From Gemmata obscuriglobus (GTDB lineage: Bacteria > Planctomycetota > Planctomycetia > Gemmatales > Gemmataceae), in assembly GCF_008065095.1 (NCBI RefSeq), contig NZ_CP042911.1:2190001-2222000 (forward strand): a DNA stretch of 32,000 nt. Reading direction: 5' to 3'. This document shows positions 18,237-25,265 of the stretch, piece after piece. How positions within the stretch are numbered: the first letter of the stretch is position 1; every line of letters begins with the position of its first letter. The notes under the pieces were generated by a model. The model made no database searches, had not been told where the DNA came from, and saw nothing but the letters and a program-made list of their open reading frames with translations. The translations under genes and the position numbers were made by a program.

Positions 18237-18950
18237 ATGTCGCTCCAGCGCTTCCCGCACGTCCCGGGATTGCTGTTCGATCCCACCTATTTTGCTCCCC
18301 CGGAATGCGCCGGCCTGCTGGCGCACTCGCTCCGCCTGTACGAGCGGCTTGAAGTCGCGGTTGGGGAGGGCGGCGCGTCCGAGCAGGCGCACATCCCGCA
18401 ACCCGCCTACGTCCGCAGTGCAGACCACAACCTCGCGAGCGAAGAACGCTTCGTGCGCGTGGCCCTTAGCGAAGCCCAGGGGCGCACGATCCGGGCCGAG
18501 TACTTTCCGCGGTACGGTGAAGACGGTCACTCGCTGGGGTACTTCCAGCGGGATGCGAACCTTCCCGATTTCGTTCGCGATGAATTGGTGCCGGGCGTTC
18601 ACGGGCTCGTGGCGTCCGAAGGGCTCGTGACCCCCGAGCAAGAGCTGACGTGGAAGCTCACCGCCAACTTCTACCGCCGCGCGAACGGCCGGGTCGCGGG
18701 GTTCCCGTTCCACGTCGACATCCCGTCGAACGGCGTGGTGACGATGATCTTGAACGTTCAGCGGGAGGCGCTGTTCCAGATCGCGAAGGGCGGCGCGGTG
18801 ACCGACATCATGCTGCCGGTCGGGGCGCTGCTCTTGCTGAGCGGTGAGAGCCGGTACGAGTGGAAACACCGGGTTCTGCCGTCCGAAGCCCCCTCCGGTC
18901 GCGCGGGACATCCGGTGGAACGGGTGTCGCTGGTGCTCGGGTATCAGTAG
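18237..18950 (+). CDS. 2OG-Fe(II) oxygenase, AlkB-like
   Basis: Start set at MSLQRFPHVPGLLF. The HxD iron ligands are present (FPFHVDIPSNG), followed by LLLLSGESRYEWKHRV (distal His plus Arg), as in AlkB-family dioxygenases. Confidence 0.6.
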   Translation: MSLQRFPHVPGLLFDPTYFAPPECAGLLAHSLRLYERLEVAVGEGGASEQAHIPQPAYVRSADHNLASEERFVRVALSEAQGRTIRAEYFPRYGEDGHSLGYFQRDANLPDFVRDELVPGVHGLVASEGLVTPEQELTWKLTANFYRRANGRVAGFPFHVDIPSNGVVTMILNVQREALFQIAKGGAVTDIMLPVGALLLLSGESRYEWKHRVLPSEAPSGRAGHPVERVSLVLGYQ

Positions 18951-18951
18951 A

Positions 18952-18970
18952 GCCGCGCCCGCGGCGCGGT
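18952..18970 (+). terminator. Short GC hairpin after the AlkB-like gene
   Basis: 8-bp stem (GCCGCGCC / GGCGCGGT, including one G-U pair) with a 3-nt loop, followed by CGCGTTTGGG. It starts 2 nt after the stop. Confidence 0.35.
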
Positions 18971-19061
18971 CGCGTTTGGGCCGGGAAGGCGTCCGGCGCG
19001 AACGTGTGTGGGTGATCGGCGGTCCGTGCCACTGGTGGCTGGCACAGGGCGAGAGCCGGTA

Positions 19062-19253
19062 TCACCCGCTCGCGGCGGGCGGTTCCTCGTCCGGCGCGTC
19101 GAGCTTGATCCCGCGCTTCGCGAGCGCCTGGCGCAGGATGAACTCGATCTGCCCGTTCAGGCTGCGCAGGTCCTCTTCGGCCCACCGCTGGACGGCGGCG
19201 TGGACCTTCGGATCGAGCCGCAGCAGGAACGGCTTCACTTCCTTCTTGGCCAT
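19062..19253 (-). CDS. Arc-like ribbon-helix-helix DNA-binding protein (63 aa)
   Basis: Start set at MAKKEVKPFLLRLDPKVHAAVQRWAEEDLRSLNGQIEFILRQAL (CAT at 19251-19253). The pattern 'LRLP..L...L...A....RS.N.EI...L' is the Arc/Mnt-type RHH signature. Confidence 0.75.
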   Translation of the reverse strand: MAKKEVKPFLLRLDPKVHAAVQRWAEEDLRSLNGQIEFILRQALAKRGIKLDAPDEEPPAASG

Positions 19254-19335
19254 GACGTGCCGAAGGACGACCGCGCGGGCGACGCAGCCGGCTGCGTCGC
19301 CCTTCGCCCCGCCCTTCGTCCTCACGAGAGGGGAG

Positions 19336-20271
19336 TTAGTTGTACAGCGTGCCGGTGTTCAGCACCGGTTGCGGCACCGCGTGCCCGCACAGCACCACCA
19401 GGAGGTTGCTCACCATCGCGGCCCGGCGCTCCGGGTCCAGTTCGACCACGTTCCGCTCTTTCAGCAGGTCCAGCGCGCTCTCGACCATCCCGACCGCGCC
19501 GGCCACGATCTGCGACCGGGCCGCGACGATCGCCCCGGCCTGCTGGCGCTGGAGCATCGCCGCCGCGATCTCGCGGGCGTAGGCCAGGTAGCTGATCCGC
19601 GCCTCGAGCACCTCCACGCCGGCCAACTGCATCCGCGTGTGCAGCTCGTGCTTCAGTTGCGTGGCCACTTCCTCGATGTGCCCGCGGAGCGAGTGCGCGT
19701 CGCTGTCGGGCGCGTCGTAGCTGTACCGGCTCGTGAGGCTGCGGAGCGCGGCGTCGGCCTGGAGCTTCACGAACTCCTCGTAGTCGTCCACCTGGAAAAC
19801 CGCCTCCGTCGGGTTCACCACCTTCCACAGCACCACCGCGGAGATCTCGATCGGGGTGCCGTCCTTGTCGTTCACCTTGATCGGCTCGCGGTGGGTGCTC
19901 GCCGGCACCAGCACCGTCCCCGCGGCGTCCTTCTTCTCCTCGGTCTTGTTCATGCCGGTCTCGAACGTCCGCACCCGCAAACTCACCCGGGTGCGCCAGT
20001 ACAGCGGGTTGCCGTAGAAGAAGCCGGTCCGCCGCACCGTGCCGACGTACTTGCCGAACAGTTGCACCACCCGCGCCTGGTTCGGCCCGTTCACGATGAA
20101 CCCGGCCCACGCGAACAGCCACAGCAGCGACAGCGGCACGATGGCCCACACGAGCCGGGGCTCGTGCCACTGTGCGGAGTAGGTGATCAGTGCGATCACC
20201 GCGCCCAGCCACACGAGCATCCCGAACAGCGCCAGCCAGCCGGAATTCAGTTTCAGCTCACGGTCTTCCAT
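19336..20271 (-). CDS. SPFH/Band 7 (stomatin/slipin-like) membrane protein
   Basis: Two N-terminal hydrophobic helices are followed by an SPFH core (..QARVVQLFGKYVGTVRRTGFF.., ..ISAVVLWKVVNPTEAVFQV.., ..LAGVEVLEARISYLAYAREIAAAM..). Confidence 0.85.
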   Translation of the reverse strand: MEDRELKLNSGWLALFGMLVWLGAVIALITYSAQWHEPRLVWAIVPLSLLWLFAWAGFIVNGPNQARVVQLFGKYVGTVRRTGFFYGNPLYWRTRVSLRVRTFETGMNKTEEKKDAAGTVLVPASTHREPIKVNDKDGTPIEISAVVLWKVVNPTEAVFQVDDYEEFVKLQADAALRSLTSRYSYDAPDSDAHSLRGHIEEVATQLKHELHTRMQLAGVEVLEARISYLAYAREIAAAMLQRQQAGAIVAARSQIVAGAVGMVESALDLLKERNVVELDPERRAAMVSNLLVVLCGHAVPQPVLNTGTLYN

Positions 20272-20293
20272 GGCAGGAGTCTCCGATACTGTT

Positions 20294-20303
20294 GTGATAT
20301 CAC
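20294..20303. promoter_or_regulatory. Perfect 10-bp palindrome GTGATATCAC upstream of the SPFH gene (candidate operator)
   Basis: Read directly. It lies 23 nt upstream (minus-strand sense) of the SPFH start at 20271, in the 128-nt divergent spacer shared with the lipoate ligase-family gene. Confidence 0.35.
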
Positions 20304-20399
20304 TTTGAAATCGTACTCTCTGCCTGAGTGTTCGCCAAGCGCGGCGGTCGATTTCGGCCGATCACCGCGAAATCGCGGGGGCGGGGATAAAATGCCGGT

Positions 20400-21137
20400 A
20401 TGAGCCAAACCATCCGCCTGTTACCGTTTGCCGGCGCCGACGGCGCCACGAACATGTCCGCCGACGAAGCGCTTTTGGAATCGGCGTCCAGCGGCGTCGC
20501 GTCGCTGCGGTTCTACACCTGGAGCGAGCCCACGCTGTCGCTCGGTTACTTCCAGCGGGCCAACGAACGCGCCGCCGACGCGAACCTCGCGCGGCTGGCG
20601 TGGGTCCGTCGCTCGACCGGCGGCGCGGCCATCGTTCACCACCACGAACTGACCTACGCCCTCGCGTTGCCGCCGGGAAAGGAGTGGGCGTCCGCCGAGC
20701 ACTGGATTTGCCTGATGCACCACATCGTCCAGCGCGTCCTGCGCGCACACGGGGTGGAGACGCACGCGGTGGTGTGCGGCGAGGAGCAGAAGCTCGGCCC
20801 GGTGGTCTGCTTCCTGCACCAGACGCCGGGCGACTTGCTGCTGAACGGGTCGAAGGTGGCCGGGAGCGCGCAGCGAAAGATGAAGGGCGCGCTCCTTCAA
20901 CACGGCAGCATCTTGTTGCGCCGCAGCGAGTTCGCCCCCGCACTCGGTGGGATCTGTGACGCGGACGGGGCGCCCGTGTTCGACCCCGAATCGCTCGCGA
21001 AGCTGATCGCGGAGGCGTTTGCGGCGGACACCGGTTGGACGTTGACGCCCAGGGACTGGACCGTCACGGAGCAGGAGCGCACGGCGGCGATTCGGGCCGA
21101 GAAATACGCCCACCCGGACTGGAACGAGAAACGGTAG
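20400..21137 (+). CDS. Lipoate-protein ligase / octanoyltransferase family protein (BPL/LPL catalytic domain)
   Basis: ..RFYTWSEPTLSLGYFQ.., ..VRRSTGGAAIVHHHELTY.. and the conserved lysine context KVAGSAQRKMKGALLQHGSILL are typical of LplA/LipM-type enzymes. Ligase versus transferase cannot be decided by eye. Confidence 0.75.
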   Translation: MSQTIRLLPFAGADGATNMSADEALLESASSGVASLRFYTWSEPTLSLGYFQRANERAADANLARLAWVRRSTGGAAIVHHHELTYALALPPGKEWASAEHWICLMHHIVQRVLRAHGVETHAVVCGEEQKLGPVVCFLHQTPGDLLLNGSKVAGSAQRKMKGALLQHGSILLRRSEFAPALGGICDADGAPVFDPESLAKLIAEAFAADTGWTLTPRDWTVTEQERTAAIRAEKYAHPDWNEKR

Positions 21138-21193
21138 ACCGGCCGGTCGTGGATTCGTTTCGGCCCACGCGGGCCTCGTGTTTATGAAGGCAG

Positions 21194-21274
21194 ATTTTGA
21201 CAGGATCGACAGGATAAACAGGATTTTAAATTGATCGGTCTTCATCCTGTTTATCCTGTCGATCCTGTCAAAAT
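21194..21274. repeat. AT-rich perfect inverted repeat (31-bp arms, 19-nt loop) with 9-nt internal periodicity
   Basis: The left arm is ATTTTGACAGGATCGACAGGATAAACAGGAT (21194-21224) and the right arm is its exact reverse complement (21244-21274). Each arm contains ACAGGAT three times at 9-nt spacing. It lies 57 nt after the ligase-family stop and 100 nt before the next start. Confidence 0.95.
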
Positions 21275-21374
21275 TGCCTTGGCGCCTTCGTGCCACATTG
21301 CCCGCGGCTGGCCGCGCCCCGTGCGTGGGCGCACTCCGCCCCGCGTTCTCAACGACTTCTCCGATGTGGGGCGT

Positions 21375-22463
21375 ATGAGCGAGTCGCGTTACACCGTTCG
21401 GCAGTTGGGTTGGTATCAGCCGCCGCACGGCGACCCGTACACGCGGCGCGTGCCCACGGCGGTGCCGGTCGCGGGGTTCGACACGTTCGACGCCGCGGAA
21501 GAACACCGACGAGAACTCGAAGCGGGCGCCCGCGTGGGCGAGAACCCGTTCCGGTTCGGCGGGTGCTCGGTCTTCTTTCAGTCGTCGCTCGACGGGATGC
21601 GGCTCCACGACTGGCTCATGGACGAGGGCATCGACCCGCCCGCCAGCGAGCTGCGTCACGGCGACTGGCACGAGTGGTGGGCCGCGTTCGCGCACACCTG
21701 GACCGAAGGCCAGCTCCACCACGCCTGGAGCGCGTTCGACAAGGTCCGGTTCTTCGACGTGATCGAGGAGCCGCAGAGCGTCGCGCACGCGGTGATCGAA
21801 ATTGTGTGGGGCCTGCTGGAGCGCGACTGGAACGCGATGACCGCCGGCACGGAGGGCGGCCGGCTGATGGGCGTGTACCGGCGAACGGCGCGGGCCGAAC
21901 GGTTCCGGGCCGAACTGAGCCGCGACCGCAACGCGGGCGGCGGGCGCTACCGGTACGACCGGCGCGCCGGGTACTCGGCCGACCCGCACAACCCGATCCC
22001 GGCTCGTCAGGCGACGTTTTACGAAGCGCTGGCGGTGCCGTCGGACGTGCCGCCGTTCGCGGGCGTCGGGTACCTGGTGCAGCGCCGCGCCGTGATTGAC
22101 ACCTTTGCGGGGACGGTGTGGCGGACCCGCCCGCCGGCCGACGCGCGCGTTCCGGTGGCGCTGTACGCGTCGCGGTCGGACGCGATCGAGCACCGCGACC
22201 GGCTCGCCGCGGAGAGCCGGCAGGTGTTGAACCCGTTCGTCTTCGCCGACCCGGCCCACGGCGCGGCGACGGAAGGCGCCCGGGAGGAGCTGGCCGCCCT
22301 CGAACTCCCGCTGCCGGTCCCGTCCGGGGACCGCCGCCGCGACTGGATCGAGTGGTGGGACCTGTGCCAGGAGGACGTGTCCGACGAGCAGCGCGCGGCG
22401 GTGTGGCGGGCGTGCGACCAGCCGATGTTCGAGGTGCTGCGCGTGGAGGTGGCCGATGAGTGA
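21375..22463 (+). CDS. Hypothetical protein P1 (362 aa), module architecture A-B-A; family unknown
   Basis: Start set at MSESRYTVRQLGW. The listed ORF start at 21231 lies inside the palindrome loop. The N-terminal half is paralogous to P2 and the C-terminal third to P3 (see findings). Confidence 0.7.
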   Translation: MSESRYTVRQLGWYQPPHGDPYTRRVPTAVPVAGFDTFDAAEEHRRELEAGARVGENPFRFGGCSVFFQSSLDGMRLHDWLMDEGIDPPASELRHGDWHEWWAAFAHTWTEGQLHHAWSAFDKVRFFDVIEEPQSVAHAVIEIVWGLLERDWNAMTAGTEGGRLMGVYRRTARAERFRAELSRDRNAGGGRYRYDRRAGYSADPHNPIPARQATFYEALAVPSDVPPFAGVGYLVQRRAVIDTFAGTVWRTRPPADARVPVALYASRSDAIEHRDRLAAESRQVLNPFVFADPAHGAATEGAREELAALELPLPVPSGDRRRDWIEWWDLCQEDVSDEQRAAVWRACDQPMFEVLRVEVADE

Positions 22464-23148
22464 CCCCGACCGGTTCGTGGTTCGGCGGATCGATTGGGCG
22501 CGATCCGAGTACGGCGAACCGTACGCGCGTCGAACCCCGCGAACCGAGCGCGTGGCAGCGTTCGACACGTTCGACGCTGCCGAGGACGATCGCGCGGCGC
22601 GCGAGGCCGCCGAGCGGGCGCGTGCGAACCCCTTCTGGTACGGCGGGGAGTCGCTGTTCTACCAAACGTCGCTCGACGCCCCGCGCCTACACGATTGGCT
22701 GATGGATGTGGGCATCGACCCGCCGGCCGCACCCCAGGCGCACGCCGGGTGGGCCGCGTGGTGGGATACGGCTGCGCCGACGTGGAGCGCGGAGCAGTTG
22801 GCACACGCGTGGAAGGCGTTCGACAAAATACAGTTCTTCGAGGTGTCGGAGCGGCGGTCGGGACCGAAGGGGTACGTCATCGTGGAACTGCATTGGAAGT
22901 GGGAGGACGAATCGACACTCGAAGCTGACTATGAGGGCGGGCTCGCCGTCCGTGCCTTCCGCTCGCGAGAGCGGGCCGAGGCCGAGTGCGCCCGATTGAA
23001 CCTTGAGCGCCAAAGTCGGCCCGATCACAACGGGTACAGTTCGTTCACCCGCTCCACCCGTTACGGAGGCGAGACCGAAGGGCCACGCGGCATGGCCGAC
23101 ACCCTGTTCTTCGAGGTCGTGGAGATCGACCTGGGGGACGATGCGTGA
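22456..23148 (+). CDS. Hypothetical protein P2 (230 aa), architecture A-B; paralog of P1
   Basis: The ATG overlaps the P1 stop (ATGAGTGA, 22456-22463), with GGAGGTGG 4 nt upstream. It aligns with the P1 N-half through FDTFDAAE, NPF, RLHDWLMD.GIDPP, W..WW and AW.AFDK..FFEV. Confidence 0.75.
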   Translation: MSDPDRFVVRRIDWARSEYGEPYARRTPRTERVAAFDTFDAAEDDRAAREAAERARANPFWYGGESLFYQTSLDAPRLHDWLMDVGIDPPAAPQAHAGWAAWWDTAAPTWSAEQLAHAWKAFDKIQFFEVSERRSGPKGYVIVELHWKWEDESTLEADYEGGLAVRAFRSRERAEAECARLNLERQSRPDHNGYSSFTRSTRYGGETEGPRGMADTLFFEVVEIDLGDDA

Positions 23149-23534
23149 GCGGCACCGCGTTCCTGGTGGTGCGCCGGGCGCTGACCGCGGGCGGCGCCGG
23201 CTGCGGGGACCAGTTCGTGTCCGACACCGGCTCGCGCGTCCCGCTGCGGTTGTTCGTGACCCGCGTCGCAGCCGAGGCACACGCTTCGGCGTTGGGTACG
23301 GCCGCGCGATCGACCGTGAGCCCGTTCACACATGTCACTGTGAGTGACTCGCTCGCTGCGAGCTTGCGCGCGCTCGGGTTTCCTGTTGAGTGTCCGGACG
23401 ATCCGTGGGACGAAGAGTGGCGGGTGTGGTGGGACCTGTGCCAGGATTTGATCACGGTTGAGCAGCGGGCCGCGGTGTGGGAATTGTTCGCAGAAATGCC
23501 ACTGTTCGAGGTGCTGGAAGTCGAGTTGGAGTGA
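23145..23534 (+). CDS. Hypothetical protein P3 (129 aa), single module A; paralog of the P1 C-terminus
   Basis: The GTG start overlaps the P2 stop (GTGA, 23145-23148). The C-terminal ..EEWRVWWDLCQDLITVEQRAAVWELFAEMPLFEVLEVELE mirrors P1 ..DWIEWWDLCQEDVSDEQRAAVWRACDQPMFEVLRVEVADE. Confidence 0.7.
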   Translation: MSGTAFLVVRRALTAGGAGCGDQFVSDTGSRVPLRLFVTRVAAEAHASALGTAARSTVSPFTHVTVSDSLAASLRALGFPVECPDDPWDEEWRVWWDLCQDLITVEQRAAVWELFAEMPLFEVLEVELE

Positions 23535-23987
23535 CCCCGTGCCAGACTTCACCAAGTCGGGAACCCGGAACTGGGGCGCGGTGCCATCTGGTGAGTATGG
23601 GGCTTGGCCGGGCGCGCGGTGCGAACCGGATGACCGAAGCCATCCAGGTGGCGCGAACGGGAAAAGCTCGCGCGCGTTGTAACGGGGGTTACAGTGCGAC
23701 ACACGCAGCCGGCTCAGTGGGGTTCCGACGGGTCATTCGCTGCCGTTGAGCTACCAAGTCGCTACCTGATTGCTGGTCGGTCGCTACCACGGAATCGCGC
23801 CCGCAAAACCCGGATAATGCTCCCGGACGAACGGAACGCCGCTTCGGTATGGAATGGGATTTGCGCTGCAACATGTGATTGCGGAACAGGTTGCAGCGTG
23901 TGTGATTTGATACGCGGTTCCGCCTTCTCGGGCGGGAGCCGGCGCCGGTGGCCGCGACAGAGCCGTGAAATCGGCCGCGAACTGGTA

Positions 23988-25265
23988 TCAGCCGTTGTTC
24001 AGCCGGAACAGTTTGCGGAGGGCGTCGCGCAAGCTGCCGCTGTGCCCCTCGCGGCTCGCTTCGCTCAGCGCCGCGATCGGGCCGTGCAGCAGTTTGTTCT
24101 GGAACAGCCGGAAGGTCCCTTCGATCAGCGACTTATCTGCGGCGGTGAGTTTGCCGTTCAGTTTGCCCAGCATCGGCTCGAGCAGCGCGGCGCGAAGCTT
24201 GTCGATCTCGGCGGTGAGTTGCCCGATCACCGGGCCGTTCGCACGCCGGTTCCAGTCCTCCACGAACTTCGACACCTCGGTGTCGATGATCTGCTCGGCC
24301 GCCGGCAGGTGCCGCCGCCGCTCGCCCAGACAGCGGTCGGCTTCGCGGGCGAGGTCGTCCACGTTGAACACGCTCACGGCGTCGCCGTCGTGGATGGCCG
24401 GGTCGAAGTCGCGCGGCACCGCCATGTCGAAAACCACCAGGGGCCGCCCCGCGCGGCTCCGCCGCACCTTCTCGTCGAACCGCCGGGCCGGCATGATCGG
24501 CTCCGGCGCGCCGGTGGTGCTGAGCACGATGTCGGCACGGACCAGTGCGTCGTCCAGTTGCGCCCACGGCACCACCGTACCGCCGCAATCGGCGGCGACC
24601 GCCGCGGCCTTGTCGGCGTTGCGGTTGGTCACCAGGATCGCCGCCGGGTGCTCCTCGGCGAGGTGCTTGAGCGTGAGCCGCCCCATCTTCCCCGCGCCGA
24701 TGACGAGAACGGTTTTGTCGGTGAACGTGTCGAACACCTGGCGGACGAAGTCCACCGCGGCGCTGGAAACGGACACGTGGCCCTGCCCGATGCCCGTCTC
24801 GGTGCGCACCCGCTTGGACACCCGCAGGGCGCTGGGGAACAGCGCGTTCAGCAGCGGGCCGGTGGCGGTGGCCTTGTGCGCGGACTCGTAGGCGTCTTTC
24901 ACCTGCCCGGCGATCTGCCCCTCGCCCAGCACCACGCTGTCGAGCCCGGCGGCGACGCGGAACAGGTGCTTCGCGGCGTCGGCGTCGGCGTGCTCGTACA
25001 GGTGCGGCAGGATCGCGTCCGCGGGCACGCCGTGAACCTCCGAGAGGAACTCGGCCATGAGCGGGGCGTGCAGCGCCGCGACAGTGTCCTGACGCGCGAC
25101 GTAGATCTCGACCCGGTTGCACGTCCCGACGACGACGGCTTCGGCGTCGAACCGCGCGTTGAGTTCGGTGAGCGCTCGCCGAGCTTTCTCGTCGTTGAAC
25201 GCGAGCTTCTCGCGCAACTCGACGCTGGCGGACGCGACGTTACAGCCGATGGCGCGGAGGTTCAC
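23988..25265 (-). CDS. hemA: Glutamyl-tRNA reductase
   Basis: The GTG start (CAC at 25263-25265) gives (M)NLRAIGCNVASASVELREKLAF. The catalytic Cys motif is GTCNRVEIY and the NADPH-binding motif is VLVIGAGKMG. The 48 upstream codons in the listed ORF overlap the preceding gene. Confidence 0.9.
   Translation of the reverse strand: MNLRAIGCNVASASVELREKLAFNDEKARRALTELNARFDAEAVVVGTCNRVEIYVARQDTVAALHAPLMAEFLSEVHGVPADAILPHLYEHADADAAKHLFRVAAGLDSVVLGEGQIAGQVKDAYESAHKATATGPLLNALFPSALRVSKRVRTETGIGQGHVSVSSAAVDFVRQVFDTFTDKTVLVIGAGKMGRLTLKHLAEEHPAAILVTNRNADKAAAVAADCGGTVVPWAQLDDALVRADIVLSTTGAPEPIMPARRFDEKVRRSRAGRPLVVFDMAVPRDFDPAIHDGDAVSVFNVDDLAREADRCLGERRRHLPAAEQIIDTEVSKFVEDWNRRANGPVIGQLTAEIDKLRAALLEPMLGKLNGKLTAADKSLIEGTFRLFQNKLLHGPIAALSEASREGHSGSLRDALRKLFRLNNG

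Noticed and set aside
21194-21274. Possibility that the repeated ACAGGAT units are a CRISPR array or a coding tandem repeat
   Set aside because: There are only three 9-nt units per arm with no spacers, and the two sets are inverted rather than direct. No cas genes are present in the window.
21231-21374. Upstream extension of P1 starting inside the palindrome loop
   Set aside because: The first codons translate the periodic palindrome arm (HPVYPVDPV), and the paralogy with P2 begins only at MSESRY (21375).
20421-22568. 715-aa minus-strand ORF spanning the lipoate-ligase-family gene, the palindrome and P1
   Set aside because: It is antisense to ORFs with recognisable motifs or paralogy. Its translation is dominated by Arg/Ala/Pro/Gly, which is typical of stop-poor alternative frames in high-GC DNA, and it reads straight through the AT-rich palindrome.
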